DNA of 64,000 bases from Amoebidium appalachense (GCA_963693365.1 CAVNZM010000006.1:2046001-2110000); one strand, 5' to 3'. Counted from the stretch's first letter, positions 25,707 through 39,907 are shown. Notes: generated from the letters alone by a model not told the origin. Numbers and translations are program-made.

Positions 25707-26417
25707 TGGGTGGTGTGTTTTTTCTCTGGGTGTGTTGGGTGGTATGGTGTTGAGGGTGGGAAAGGTTTAGTGGTGGTTTCTTTTGCACGCATGTCTCCTG
25801 TAAGCGGGGACGGGATGGGGAGAGGCGGTGGTTTATAATGTTGACGTTTTCTCGGTGTTCAATCAGGGTGTCTAGTAAATAACACATCTCTTTAGATGTT
25901 TCTTTATGCATGTAATTGTGAAGTTGTGTGGCGGTGGGTCTGTTTTCAGTATCCGCATGTGCAATGTGCTTGCTCGTGTATTGTCTTGTGGGCTTTATAG
26001 GTCGTGGAATGCAATGAGTGAGTAGCTTGGGGATGTTGTTTGAGAGTCTTTTAGAGGAGTGGCATTTTCTTCTTGCAAGGTGGCAAAATACCACACGATG
26101 TTGGAAACACATTCTACTATAATCAGGAACATTAATATACACCGCACGGCCTGCTCTCGAACGTTGTTATAATTTTGACTTGTCATATGAACCGTAGATT
26201 TTCCAGTCAGTTATCTTAACACGGTGAAACCATTGGCTGAACATATGCAAGTGGTCAGGTGGGTTGGTTGCGCTTCTGAGAAGAATGTAATGTTGTGGCT
26301 GTTTTAGAACCCAATAGACCAACGTGACGGAGAGTGCCTAAGAAAATATCCTGTTGACGGGGCAAAAATCCACGAATCACCCACTCCACCCTCCCTTTTT
26401 CTCTTTCTCCCAGACAT

Positions 26418-26810
26418 CTTTACTTCCATGCAACCGGGCATGGTTGCTCTGTGTCGTGCATCTGTAAGCACATACGTGTTTGTCGCTGCACTGCATTAGT
26501 TTGCACACACATCTTCACCGTTTTGCTCACCTTGCTTGCATAAGCAACCCTGCTCGTCTTTGATCAAGACGGGTTGACCCACCCAAGTTCAGTTGATGCT
26601 GCTGTCTGAGTTGGAGCGTCGTATATACGCGGGCTAAGGGGTCGAAACTCAGACGCAATTGATGACTTGGGCCCTCCCTGAGGATGGGCTCTGCTTATGA
26701 CGCATACTGTGCGCATGGCTGATGCTGCATACTTGAATGTTTGCCTTTGCATGTGTCCTGCACCATGCTTCTCATCGTGTATGCGTACTTCGTACTGTGT
26801 TCCGCATTCA

Positions 26811-26812
<2 letters not shown>
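26418..26812 (+). ncRNA. Structured repeat, copy D (near-identical to A), downstream of the ZC3H18 stop codon
   Basis: Same 5' start (ctttacttccatgcaaccggg) and 3' end (ccgcattcaaa) as copy A; followed by poly-C. Confidence 0.7.
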
Positions 26813-26845
<33 letters not shown>

Positions 26846-26856
26846 TCTTCTCCCCT

Positions 26857-27083
26857 TGGGCCGGGGGCTCTGCGCCCCTGCGCGCTGGTCAACACATTCT
26901 CCCCCCCCCCCGCCCTCCCGCCCTCTCCCCTCCTTCCCTCCTCGGGGCCAAAAATTAGGTTATAACAGCGGCCTTCCAAAAATTTAAGATTATGCCCCGC
27001 ACCCTCAATTTGGGGGTTCTTAATGGCGGACGGCATCTCTACACCACGCCAAGCCAGGCCCTTTTATGGGCAAAACTTTCATG

Positions 27084-27122
<39 letters not shown>

Positions 27123-27124
27123 CT

Positions 27125-27178
<54 letters not shown>

Positions 27179-27498
27179 TTCCACATGTGAATCGCAAGTA
27201 CACAACCCGTACAGTGGCTGAGGGGGGCCGGGGGGAGCCCTTTGTTTTTGGGGGGAAGAGGGGGAGGGGGAGAGGAGAGCTCGTTTGGGAGAGCAGGGGT
27301 AAAGGAGGGGGGGGGGGGGGGGGGGGGGGGGAAGACGTCAAGTTGAACACGGTGTGGAACAATGTAAAGAGAGACAGTGGCAGATATGAATATACAGGGT
27401 GACCGAGGAACGATCATACTATGTATTGTCCACCTGCCGGGGGGGGGAGGGGGGGGGGGGGGGGGGGGGGGCGGCGGCAGGGGCAGAGCCCGGGCCCA
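26857..27498. mobile_element. Possible decayed foldback/MITE with GC-rich imperfect terminal inverted repeats
   Basis: tgggccgggggctctgcgcccctgcgcgc-tggtcaacacat (26857-26898) is complementary to atgtattgtcca (27421-27432) plus gcggcggcaggggcagagcccgggccca (27471-27498). No TSD seen. Confidence 0.45.
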
Positions 27499-28206
27499 GA
27501 AGCCAGCCTTAGGTGTTGCACGAATTTATAAGCTTGATGTACACGAGTAAATTCTCTGATAACTCTAGCAGTACTCACACGGTTACAGTCAGAACACTAC
27601 ATCAAGTTGAGCGACAATCCCAAATATGTACATGTCCAATAAACATACACTTTGAGTCAAGGAGTCTCTGATATTTATATTTAATTGCTTACGAATTGTT
27701 CCCGGAATTCAACCTCTGTCGAATTGAAAGGCAGATTTGCAGTTCTTCCCATTGTCCAACCTATCTGCACTAAAATCTTATAATCCTTACTGTATAATTT
27801 CAATAATCAGTCCCTGCAGCCGGCTAAAGACCATACACATACCTACATCGATGAAGTTTTTTTTGGGGCGGCTCAGAAGTTTTTTGAGGGAGATCAGTCA
27901 ACTTGACTCACATACACTAAGCATAAATCTGTCTAGACCAAGAATACAGAAACACAGACTAGTACCCGGTGACTGTGACCTGCAATACACGAGTGTTGGA
28001 CTGCTCTGCCCGTGCCCCCCCCCCCCCCCCCCCCCCCTCCCCCCCAACTCTCCCCCTCACTTTCATTCTTTCTCCCCCTCCCGTCCCTCTAGGCCTTACA
28101 CCTTTTACAAAACAGCTATAGTAAATGCCAATCATTCTTCCACGCAAACCAACTGCGAAATTTTAGGGGGACGTGTGAACACCAGCCGTAACTCTTTCAG
28201 CTAAAA

Positions 28207-28769
28207 TTAGCCTACGATGGTTGCCCAACCAGACAGGTCTGTGGCATTTTCAGGGGCTGGCCGCCAATGCTCCTCTGTAGGTTCATCGGGGGTCTCCTGC
28301 AAATTATACCATATCAGGAAATAGTTTAACCATATATGGAAATTGGGATTTATACAATTTGGATTGCACACCTTTTTTGCAGTGATGCAGATGCATAGAG
28401 ACTTCGATGATTTCTAAGTGATCAGTTGGTGTACAGATCAGAGCCATGAGCACCTTAGGTATGTGTGTGTGTGTGTGTGCGCGCGTGCACATATCTCTGT
28501 GTGAGTGCACACACGCTTAGGGTACGTACGTGTGTTGGTGCGTGTGTACTAATGTGTACACACGTATGCCTCCGGGATCTTCCAATAGTATTTGTAATTT
28601 TCCGTGGGTGTATGTGCACCGTTCTTGTGTAAGTGAATTCCGTGCACTTGAGGGAATACTTTCTAGGAAAGGAGAGGGGGGGGGGGGGGGGAGGGAGGGG
28701 GAAGGGGACGGGAGGGATGGTGGGAAGACGGGAGAAATAGTGGTGTACCTCTCGGGGTTTTTTTTTTTT

Positions 28770-28800
<31 letters not shown>

Positions 28801-29391
28801 GGGGGGATGGAGGAGAAGGGCGTGATTACACCGGGGTTAGACCGAGGCCTTTGTGGTTAGAAGTTGAGGCCGGGGGTTGAGGGGGGGGGGGGGGGGGGGG
28901 GGGGGAGGAGGGGGTGAGGAGGGGAAATAAGAGGTAGAGGAGGGATGGGGAGGGGGGGGGCGGGGTAGGAGGGGAAGTGAGACGTGGGGGGGGGGGGGGG
29001 GGGGGGGGTAGCAGTAGCTGTGGGAAGACGGACGGGTGGGAAGGCAGGGGGCCCCAGGGGGAGGGTGGGGGGGGGGGGGGGGAGAGGGGGGGGGGGGGGA
29101 GAGGGGGGGGGGGGAAGAGGGGGGAGGAGAGGCAGATTACCAGGATGGCACGAACTGCATCCTCTCCCATGGCTGCCACATTCCGGGCCGCCCTGGTACG
29201 AGTCAGCCCGACCCGTTTCACCAACTCATCAACGAGATTCGAATCGATTCCGGTCAGATCGACATCACCCATTTCGGACTCGGGGGGGTCGGCAAAGTAG
29301 AGGCGGTGCTGGCGGTCATCCTCCTGAATGTGTGCGTGTGCGTGTGTGAGTGTGTGTATGTGTGTATGTGTGTGTGTGTGTGTGTGTGTGC

Positions 29392-29462
<71 letters not shown>

Positions 29463-29586
29463 TGTGTGTGTGTGTGTGCGTGTGTGCGTGTGTGCGTGTG
29501 TGGGCACGCACATGTGTGCTTGTGTTCGCCGGTCTGCATCCATATGTGTGCTGAAATTTGTATGTGTGTGTGCATCGGGGGAGGGG

Positions 29587-29621
<35 letters not shown>

Positions 29622-31530
29622 AGGGAAGGGGTAGGTCAGTTTGAAAAAAAGACATCATCGAACATGTCTCAAGAGATGGAAAAGGAGGGAAGTGGGGATG
29701 GAGGAACGGCGGTGGCGGTGGGCGGAGAGGGGGAGGGGGGTGTTAAGGGTGTGTGTGTGGGGGGGGGGGGGGGGAGGGGGGGGGGATAAATTGTTTTAAG
29801 TGTGCATGCCGCTATACTTTCGTGGTGTTGCTAGTTTCCGTGTCAATATGCACGTAAATTTTGGGGAGGAATAACGGGTGGCCAACCAACGAACGAGTGC
29901 ATACAAGGGCAAATAATCAGAGGTGGGGGTGGGGCGTGTGTGTGTGTGTCGGGGGGAGGGGGGGGGGGGGGGTAGAGGGGGGACACGAAAGGAGGGAGAG
30001 GGAGGGAGGGGGTGTAAGAAGGGACAGAAAGGGAGAGGGTAGAGGGAATGTGGGATGGCGTGGGGTGGGGTGGGGGGTGGGGTGGGAGTGGGGGTGGGGG
30101 CTGGGTGGGTGGGTGGGTGGTGGTGGTGGTGGTGGTGGTGGTGGTGGTGGGGGGGGGGGGGGGAGGGGGGGGGGGGGGGGATTTGTTATTAAAAGCAGCA
30201 TCTGACGCTTGCCCTAATGAGATGTTATTGTAAAAGCACAAAATTCAATAGTGCAAGTTCACCCATATCAAAGATAGGGGAACAGGTGATGGTCTCAGAG
30301 GACCCGAGGAGGGGGGAGAGGAGGGAGGGGGGAAGGTATGTTCGGAATAAAGGTGTACAGCTATTGAATGTTCAGTCTTATACGGGGGGGGAGGGGGAGG
30401 GGGATAGGGGGGGGGGAGAGGGGGAGAGCATTTGCTGAATGAATTCTGTGTAGGCAGAGGGAGGAGGAATAGGGGTGGCTTAAAAAGAACATTGTTTAAT
30501 ACCTCAAACAACACAGAATGCCCCCCCCTCCCCCCCCCCCCCCCCCGGCTCCTCCCCCCCCCCTCCCCGCCATCATTTTTCCTCCCCATTTTCCTTACTT
30601 CTTCCCCATCTCCCCCCCCCCTTCCCCCCTCCAACCTCACCACCACCAAAAAGAAAAGCAAAAAAAGGACATGCAAACACAAACCATACCACCGTCGGCT
30701 ATACACCAATAACGCATCCATATGCACATGTATGTGTTAGCAACCGCAGGGGGTATTGAATCAACCTACCCCCCCCCCCCCCCCCTCCCCCATACACACA
30801 CACACGTAAATGTACCCCCCTCCCCCCCCTTTCCCCACCTCCCCTCTCCTTTAGACACTCACGTACAAATCGCCACACGTGGGGACACACACTTTAGATG
30901 GGTTAAAAAACCACATTTCCACACACAAATACCGTGAGCACACACAGTCACACATCGACATACACACTAGGCTCACAACTACCCCCCCCCCCCCCCCCCC
31001 CCTCCTCCCTCTCTTCCCACCCACTCAGCCACCCCTTCACCCCCCCCTCACCCACCCACCCCATTTCCCCCCTCTCTCGGTCTTCCATTACCAATTCATG
31101 ATCCCCTCCATTCCAAACCAAAACCCGTGTTACAGTACCGCCTAAACCCCATAAATCTACCTGAAATTAGTGCCCGAAGAAAAACTTAAATACATAACGT
31201 CATTGGTACACATAGATTTAAAAACGTTAGTTACGTACAAAATCAGGCTTGTAGTCCACCAGTTTGAGCTTGTGGTCGTATTCAGGCCGGGAAGTTGCAC
31301 GAAGCACGTTCAGGTCTTGTACGTGAAAATTGCCGACTATAATGTATCCCTCGGGCCCAAAATACACGGTGGGTGACGGAAACACAAAGAGAACCTGTGT
31401 GTGTGTGTGTGTTGAGGGGGGGGGGGGGGGGGGGGGGGGAGAGGGGCGGAAAGGGGGGGGGAGAGAGGGGGAGGGAGAAGGGAGAAGGAGGGGGGAGGGA
31501 AGGAGGGGGGTGGGTTTGGTGTGTGTTGTG

Positions 31531-31598
<68 letters not shown>

Positions 31599-33145
31599 CG
31601 TGCGTGCGCCTGCATGCGTGCGTGCGTGCGCGCCCGTGTGTGTGTGTATGCACGGTATGTGTTTGTGTGCCTGTGGAAGGGAGGGTGGGGAGGGAGAGAG
31701 AGGGGGGTGTATGCAAGAGTACGTGTGTGTGTGTGTATGCAAGAGTACGTGTGTGTGTGTATGCAAGAGTACGTGTGTGTGTGTATGTGTCGATGATTGC
31801 TTGTTGTCAGATAATCAAGCTCTAGGACTGGAAACGGGGAAGGGCAGCTCGTCTGTTCTAGAAGCTCCTGTAAGCATTTCAGTTGATTTATTCCTTCAAT
31901 AAAATCTCAGAAGTTACATCACAACCATGCATCTAGCCACGCCATGAGCTTTCCCGAATCCTCCCCCAGACTCTGTGAGATGTATAACTCTTTGCATAGT
32001 GTAATGCAAACATAGAAGGGGTCCTATGTGAGGGATGGTGTGTGTATGTGTTGGGGTTGGTGGGTTGGTGGTGGTGATGGTGGTAGGGTAGGACGGGGGG
32101 GGGGGGGGGGGGGGGGGGGGAGGGGGGGGCGTGTGTATGTATTGGAGGAGGGGTGGGTGTGTGTGTGTGTGTGTAGGGGGGGGGGGAGGGGGGAGGTGGG
32201 GGAGGGAGGAGGGAAGCAAAGTATAAAAACGTGACAGTGGGTTAGGAAGCAAATGAAGCCTACGGTAAGGTTTTTGTGACTCTTTCGGTTCTTTGTAGAA
32301 GGCGGGGAAGGGTGGCATGTGGGGGGGCCTTGGAGTGTATTGAACTACCAGATGAAAAGGGACCCAGATTTGCCGAGAAAAAGAGGAAAGAGGCCTTAAA
32401 AAGAAATGAGAGAACGGGTGGTTGGAGGCTCCCCGAGGGGGGGGGGGGGGGGGGGGGGCAAGAGGAAAGGGATCGATGGAGACGGGAAGGAAAGGTAGGG
32501 CGGAGCAGGGAGAGGTGGGGGATGGGGGGGGGGGAAGCGGGAAAAAGGCCCGGGGGGAGGGAGGGGGGGAGGGGGGGAAAACACTCACATCGGGTTTCTT
32601 AACTAGAGTGACCCTCAGTATCCCCTCCACCTTTTGCAGCTTCAGTTTCTCCGTCAGATACTTGTTCACCTGTTAGGTTGCAACAGTGCAGTTATGAAAA
32701 TGGCAGTGATTCTAGTAGGCTGCTCTGAGGAAGAATGTACCCCTTTCCGCCGTTCACTCTTACTCCCCCCGCCAGCCCCCCTCCCTTTACCCCTCCTCCC
32801 TTCTATTAAAACATATCTGATGCTCAAGTCGAAGGGGTGACTTCTTCTGAAAATACCTAACAGTTGCCTAGATTATCTTCAGTGTCCAATATAATGTTTA
32901 TGACAAAAATATTCTCCACCCGCCACCTCTATCGAGTCCAAAACATGCCGCAAGGGTGCCACATTTCCCGACATGCGCACTTCGCCACTGAATATTCATA
33001 CCTATTTGTGGCATCCCCCCCCCCCCCCAAAAAAAAAAAAAAAAAAAATCATAACAGAAATACTAATAAAATGCCTAAACACAAAAACGCCCCCCCCCCC
33101 CCCCCCCATCTCCCTATCTCCACCCCCCTTACCCTCCCCCATAAA

Positions 33146-33233
<88 letters not shown>

Positions 33234-34687
33234 CACAAGCACACAAACACAACTCATCCCCCCCCCCCCCCCTCGCCCCCCTCCCCCTCCACCAACCTCC
33301 CCCGGGGGTCCAACCACCCCATGCATCTCTGCCCCCCCTCCCCCCCCCCCCCCTCCCCACCCTCCCCAACTATCCCTCCCTCCCCCCTCCCCCCGCCCAT
33401 ACACCCCCTGACCACCACCACCACCCCCTCTCTCCCCCCGTACTTCCCCGTAAACGCACATCCCCTCATTGCAAAACCTTTGGGAAAAATCAGCAGGTTG
33501 AACCTTGGGTAGCCCAATTCGATTTTATCACAAGGTCTTAAATGCAAAGCCTTGTGCTTTGCCACCTAAGCACCCCCCCCCCCCCCCCCCCCCCCCCCCC
33601 ATCTCTCCAGTCACCTCCAGATACATAAAAGTCTTGATTTAAAAAACACAGAGTAGACACTGTGCATTGTTGCACCTTCCCACACACCTAATTTCTCATG
33701 TGTCGCAAAGATTGAGCCGGGATCTGGATTTCGATTTTGTGTAGGAAAAAAAGGTGTGCGGGAGAGCACTTCAGTAAGAAATCTTAAATTTTTATTTATT
33801 TATTATTATTTTTTTTTTGGGGGGGGGGGGGGGAGGGGGGGGAAGGGTGGGACAAGGAAAGGGGAGGGGGGTGGGGGGGGGGGGGACAAGGGGAGGGGGG
33901 TTAGGGGAGGGAGGGGGAAGGGGTGGTGACGGAGAAGGGTGTCAACGGAATGCAGTTGGCACATTACGAGGGTTGAGGCTTCGATGAATTCGAAACCGCC
34001 CGAATTGAGTGGGTGGTGGTGGCGTTGGAGAAGAGGGGGGAGGAGCTGGGGGGAGGGGGCTGGGGAACGAACTGGGGGCAAGGGGGGTAAGGGGGTTACA
34101 AAGGAGGGGGGGGGGGGACGTGTGAACACCTTTTCCTCACTCCTGGTCAACATCTCCTCCTTTACCTCTCCGCCCACCGCATGCTCGTCTCCCTCCCCTC
34201 CGCCGAAAAACTCTTCAAAATCAGAGTCTGTCCCCGTGTCATCCACCAAAGTGTACTCATCCAAATTTGGAATAACCCCAACACTCTCCTCTTTCACTCC
34301 CTTTGTGCTCTCACCTCCTGCAGTGCTCCCGTTTTCCTTTTTCGCTGCGGCACCCTGCGAACTTCCCCCTCCTCCTCCTTTTCCTTTGCTCTTATCACCC
34401 TTCCCTTTTCCCTTTGCGTTTCCTGCCTTATCTGGTGAGCCCCCACTCCCCCTCCCTTTCCCTCTCATCAAGTTGCCTTTTTTCCCCGATGACCCAGATG
34501 CCCCTGTGGGTGCTCTTTTCTGTGTTTCCGTGTTTGTGTTTGTTTTTGCACCACTTCCCGTTCCGCTCTTTGTACTCCCTCCACCGCTCGAACCTTGTGT
34601 CGATGGGGGTGTGGGGGTGTTTGTTGCCAACGGTTGTGTCTGTGCCGGGGGGGTACCGTTGTTTTTTTTCGCTCCCGTACCGGACAT
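28207..34687 (-). CDS. Divergent nascent polypeptide-associated complex alpha (NACA/Egd2)-like protein with a long G/K/S-rich N-terminal extension, ~355 aa; exons 34687-34130, 32669-32589, 31394-31239, 29323-29141, 28296-28207
   Basis: [45 protein letters not shown]...[12 protein letters not shown] matches the NAC domain; [42 protein letters not shown] matches the C-terminal UBA-like domain. All introns are phase 0 GT-AG. Confidence 0.85.
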
Positions 34688-37466
34688 TTTCTAATCCTTT
34701 TAGCCAACGTTTATGGTGATAAGGTCTATCCTGGCAATAATAGTCTACCCGGGTTCCTGTTCATAACCAAAAAAAAAGTCAACGAACGAAGATTTGCTGC
34801 TCGTCTTACGAGGGGTATGTTGTTGTTGTTGTGCCTTGTGATGCTTGCCACGAAATACGGTGTGTGAGGGTGACGCACACACACTATCTGACTCAGCTGT
34901 TACAGTTGCCACCTGTCACACTTGACACCCGGAAGAAAACGATACCCAATCCGGGGCGTGGCAGGCGCGAGCTCGTGCGGCTCAAACTCGGCATTCTCTC
35001 GGTCTAATGAAAGTTATGTAAAAATTGCCACGCCTCCTATATTCCTGTGCAAGCAATAGTAAATCAGTCAACGCATTCAGTTTAGCACCTATCTGCTTCG
35101 TTTACTGTTTACGCCCAAGGCCTCCTAATGAAACAGCACTGGGCATATCGGGTAGGCTTGTTTACCCTGATAAATGTGATATTAGAAAGTTTCCCGCCAT
35201 TTTGACACCCTAAACCACATAGATTGGAAGGCCGCCGCCAATAACCAGGCCGCCTAGCCGCCTAATACACAAACCCTGCCTTGCTTCTTACTAAACGCTG
35301 CTAAGTGAAAAGTAAGAGCATAGGAACATAACCAAAAGAAGAAAACGCCTAGTATGAAAATGATACAAACAGGGGATGTTTTGCTGGCTCCGCAAAGAGA
35401 TTGTAGGGAGACCCAAATATCTCTTTTCTTTTGCCAAGCTAATAACCGACTCAAATTAATAAATTACCGTAGAAAAGATGTATTAGATCCCCCTTCCTGG
35501 CACTATTTTACCTATTAAAAGCCCGAAACCTATTTTCAGTCAATTCGATTATTAGCTTGGTGCTGGTTGGGCCACCCACCATCACGTGTGGTATAAAAAT
35601 GCAAAATCCTCGTTCTACTCCCTCTCTCTCTCTCTCTCCCTTCATCAGCGAGACGACTCTTCGAAAATGGAACGGTAAGGACCCGAAAACTCACGGACTT
35701 GTCTTGTTCCGAGGCCTTTGTATACTGCGCGAAAGACGAGAACAATGGATTTTACTGACACCTCTAGTCTGATTACCCTTGTTGAATTCCTTCTGGCCGA
35801 CGCATGCAGCGTTTAAACGTTTCCCTTTTGGATAGAGGCTACCTTTCTCTAACACCGGCACCACATGCAGGCACACAGGACTTACGACGTACAGCATGGC
35901 CAAGGCAGTAAGCTGGAGAACGAGATAAGAGGTGGGTGTTTTCTCTATGCCTTTTCTACCTGGCAGTTGCACAAGCAAAGCAGTTTGCACTCGCTTGAGC
36001 ACGCTAGGGGGAAAGCATGTGGGTGAGAGGGGAAAAGGGACAGGCAAGCTCAACGGTAGAGGAAGTTCGAGAGAAGAGTTAGCTTTAAACGCACCAGCCG
36101 AGTGTATATTGACAAACTGGCAACGATGTTCAACCAATATTTGCTACTTCAGAGGCAAGCCTATGAGACAAACCACACCATAAGACTGAGCCAGTGGTTT
36201 CATCACTACATTCGCCTGTTTCCTCCCCTCCCCTGATGGGCTTTTCACTGACCCATTGTTTTTTACTTTTAGGGCTGAACGATTTCAAGCTCGTCGTTGT
36301 TGCCGATCACCAAGACCAAGAAGGTTAGTCTCTCCCTCCCCGTGTTTGCATACTTTCTTCTCTTGGCGTGTGGCTTTGTGATGACTCTGTTTTATACTCT
36401 AACCCAGTTCACTCTGAAACCTGATTATAAACAACACAAACTGATGCCACTAGCACCTTGGTTCGTCTTGAGCAGCCTTCCACTTTTTCTTTTGCTCACA
36501 AGCATCATTCGTGCAGGTTCCTTGTCGACCTACCCCGTCTGAGTTCAAAGCAACTTCCTTTTTGCTCTTCTCCAGGTGAGTGCCAGTGCTCTTGTGTGAA
36601 TGCATGTCTTTTACCTGTGGAAGAGCCATTGTTGGAGAGAAACGAGGCTGTGACGAAACCTTATACTCTAACCCAGTTCACTATGATAAACCATGATCAT
36701 AACTTAATTCTGAGCCTCCCAACATTGTGTCTGTCCCTCCCTTCATCTGGTACCTGAATTCCCTTTACTGACCCCAAGCTCTCTTCAGGTGTACCGTCGT
36801 ACTTGCCCGGTCGAACTGTCTGGGACTCTTTGCTCCTCCTTGTCCAGTGAAACAACAGGTATGTTGGGCCATTAGGTAATAGTGGCAATTTGGGAAAAGA
36901 GTGGTTTGAAGTTGTGCATATGATGATACCTAGATGACGAGGCTGAGGTGCACTTCTGCCCAGCAGGCAGCGTCTTGCTGTCTGCAGTGGCTTTGTGTTA
37001 CCGTTGCTGTCAAATTGGGCCTGATGCTTGTGTACTATAATTTTAGATACACACGGCGCTTCTGCCCGTACTGACGGTTTTTTTTCCTGGATCCACAGGT
37101 GCCAAGATCAACTGTTGGCAGCAAGTGTGGACTCAAGGCAGTTGAGCAGGTGAGCAACCAACTCCTTTTAGCTTTGTTTGTCACTAAGTTGGACCCCCTG
37201 ATGGTACTATGGTAATTTGCGATTGAAGGCCTGGTTGTGAACCCCGCCAGGTTCATACAAAGCAGCCAGTTCTTTATGATACCACTTTCTTTCCCTGAGG
37301 GTTATACACTGCATGTTTCGTAACAATCCATTTACTTGTGAAGTGTTTGCTGACTTTTCTCTCGCAACACAGGTCGGCTGCCAAGAGCAAGGTCCACCAT
37401 CACGTGGCTACAGGTTTGTTTCCCCTTGCCACTTCCTTTTCTTTTATCCTGAACTGGACCGGTGCC

Positions 37467-37502
<36 letters not shown>

Positions 37503-37909
37503 CCCGCCCTTCTCCCTCCCCCCCAAAAAACAACAAACACATTTTCCTCTGTGCGACTGCTACGGCAGTTTATATTCAAGAATACTGTAGCTCCTGCTTT
37601 GCTTATTATCTTGTGAATGTCTGTTCTTTCATGTTTCGAGGTTTAGAAGACTGTGTCTTCTACTTGCCTACGACTCTAAGAGGCAACACCTAATAAAGGC
37701 TTCACCACCATACGAGCTTTTCTCATTGTTGAAGTGTGCAATATTAGTTTTGTGCAAAACCCTTAGTGTCCAGTGTTCCATGTTTTTTCAACATTGGAAA
37801 GGTTCGTGTCTTGCCAACCACCGGTACCTGTTGCACAGACACGACCTTTGCCTGTCACAGTACTGTTGTGCATGCAAGAGGATCCTCCCGATCCCCTCAG
37901 ACTTGGTGA

Positions 37910-38957
37910 ACTCAAAGACATACGGCCCTTTTGAAAGTAAGCGCAGAATTAGCTTTCTTCTCGGCTAATATTTTTAAAGACACACCCCTCCATCCTTCTA
38001 TTAGACTTACATTTATTCGCACTTTTGTCTTCCCGGCATGTGAATATGGTTTACCCCTTCTCGCCGCTTGGATCAAGAAAGAGAGAACTAGAGCGCTTAA
38101 ACCCTTGGCAAATTTCCTTGAAGCAGAAGTTGCCTCCTTTCTATCTAACAACTGTTGTAAACCTGGGCCTGTAACGCTCTCGATATATGGTCTGGTCCCA
38201 ATAGCTGCTAGAGTATCCTATCTCGCGCTGAAATTCAATAAGCACATAAGCCGCTTAAAGAAGTATTTGCCCTCCCACCCTCTCTTCTCTATCCGACCTG
38301 TCCCCTCCTCACCTCTCCCCTCTTTCCTCCCCTCTCTCTCCCCTTCTCCCCTGGGCACAAATACAAATAAACCCCGCAATAGTGTGTGTGTGACTTTGGA
38401 CTGCCACTTACTTATTAAACATGTACACAATCACAAGATAATCACGCAATATAACAAATGGAAAAAGATACCACACGACACTAGACCCGATGAAAGCATA
38501 CACCTTGAAAAACTAAGCCTTATGTCTCGTTTTATATATACTGACCGCCTCAACCATATTGCCAAATATGGCACTCGCAAGTGTATAACACCTAAATACA
38601 TATTACCTTCCTGTAGAACTGGTCTTTCTCTAGCTGATGGTATTATTGATCAATTACCACGCTTTTACTGTACACGTGCTATACAGTGGAGATCTAATAA
38701 GTATAAGGTGGCATCATTTGCATGCCCAAACAACACACACACACACCAGTTTAACCGGTCATGTATCGCCAAATGTAGTTTGATAGACCACATAATACCG
38801 CAACACACACACGTCACATTCACAACAGACACCCAGAAAGATAGCCTACCTGTAAATTACAACATCCTTGATTTTATACTAAACACGCGTAACTACGACC
38901 TGTTTATTAGATGTATTGATTGGCTTGAGAAACACATCACTACAAAATTATAGCGCA

Positions 38958-39024
<67 letters not shown>

Positions 39025-39056
39025 CCAGCTGATACCGAGTGTCCCGAGGGGAGCCC

Positions 39057-39101
<45 letters not shown>
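37910..39101 (+). mobile_element. 5'-truncated non-LTR retrotransposon (LINE): RT thumb/C-terminal region, (CA)n-containing 3' UTR and poly-A tail
   Basis: Intronless ORF 37931-38953 with RLTFIRTFVFPACEYGLPL (LINE post-RT 'YKxFVRPxxEYG' motif) and a C-terminal Cys/His segment CPNNTHTHQFNRSCIAKC...ILDFILN. A ~40-nt A-tail lies at 39061-39101. The RT catalytic core is absent; no TSD found. Confidence 0.8.
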
Positions 39102-39102
<1 letters not shown>

Positions 39103-39778
39103 GGGGAACCCCAACTAATTGATTTCTCCTTGTAGTCTTTATGGTGTCTCGTAGAGAAAGTAAACCCTGATATATAGTCACCACCCGACATCTATGTACG
39201 TGATCATGATATACCGCTGAGGGGATATTCCGAGCAAAACCCCCCCCCCCATACCTGAGACTGGTTCTCTTTGCCTCGAGTAAACAGCGTAAACCCCCAA
39301 TAACAATACTATAGCATAACTAATGTGCAAGGCTTCAATGAGAAGACAAACTCTGTTTATTGTAATTTTCGACCCTTCGCCCCGATTGGAACCCACTCAA
39401 ACCTACAATATATTTATTTAAATTAAATTTTATTGTCTAGCGAACGGTACCATTTGTTTGCGAGCGACGCGCTCATAGAAAACACATAGTGTTTAGAAAA
39501 CTTTAGAAACACATCGTGTTTTCTAAGAAGAAACGTTTTTACCAGATGATGATAACAATCATCGACTAATCATCATATCGATTTGGTCTCTAATCAATCT
39601 ATAGACTTACAATGTAATAGTACTCCAAGAATAGGAAAGCATTCTTGTAAGAGTAGGTAATTAATCCTCTTAGAGTGCCATAACTACTCAATTATAAGTC
39701 TATAGATTGGATTTTAAAGTTAGGTCAATTGATGCCGAATGAACTTTAATTTCGTTGTCTTCTCATTGAAGATACATA

Positions 39779-39907
39779 TTAGTACTCTAAAATTGTAGCT
39801 TTGAACTTTTTGTTGGGTTTCCCGGGTTTGCAGTATACGTATTTATAGTACTCTGAAATTGTAGCTTTGGACTTTTTGTTGGGGTTTCCCGGGTTTGCAG
39901 TATACAT
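39779..39907. repeat. Two-copy tandem repeat, ~67-bp unit
   Basis: tagtactct.aaattgtagcttt..actttttgttggg(g)tttcccgggtttgcagtatac occurs twice. Confidence 0.85.
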
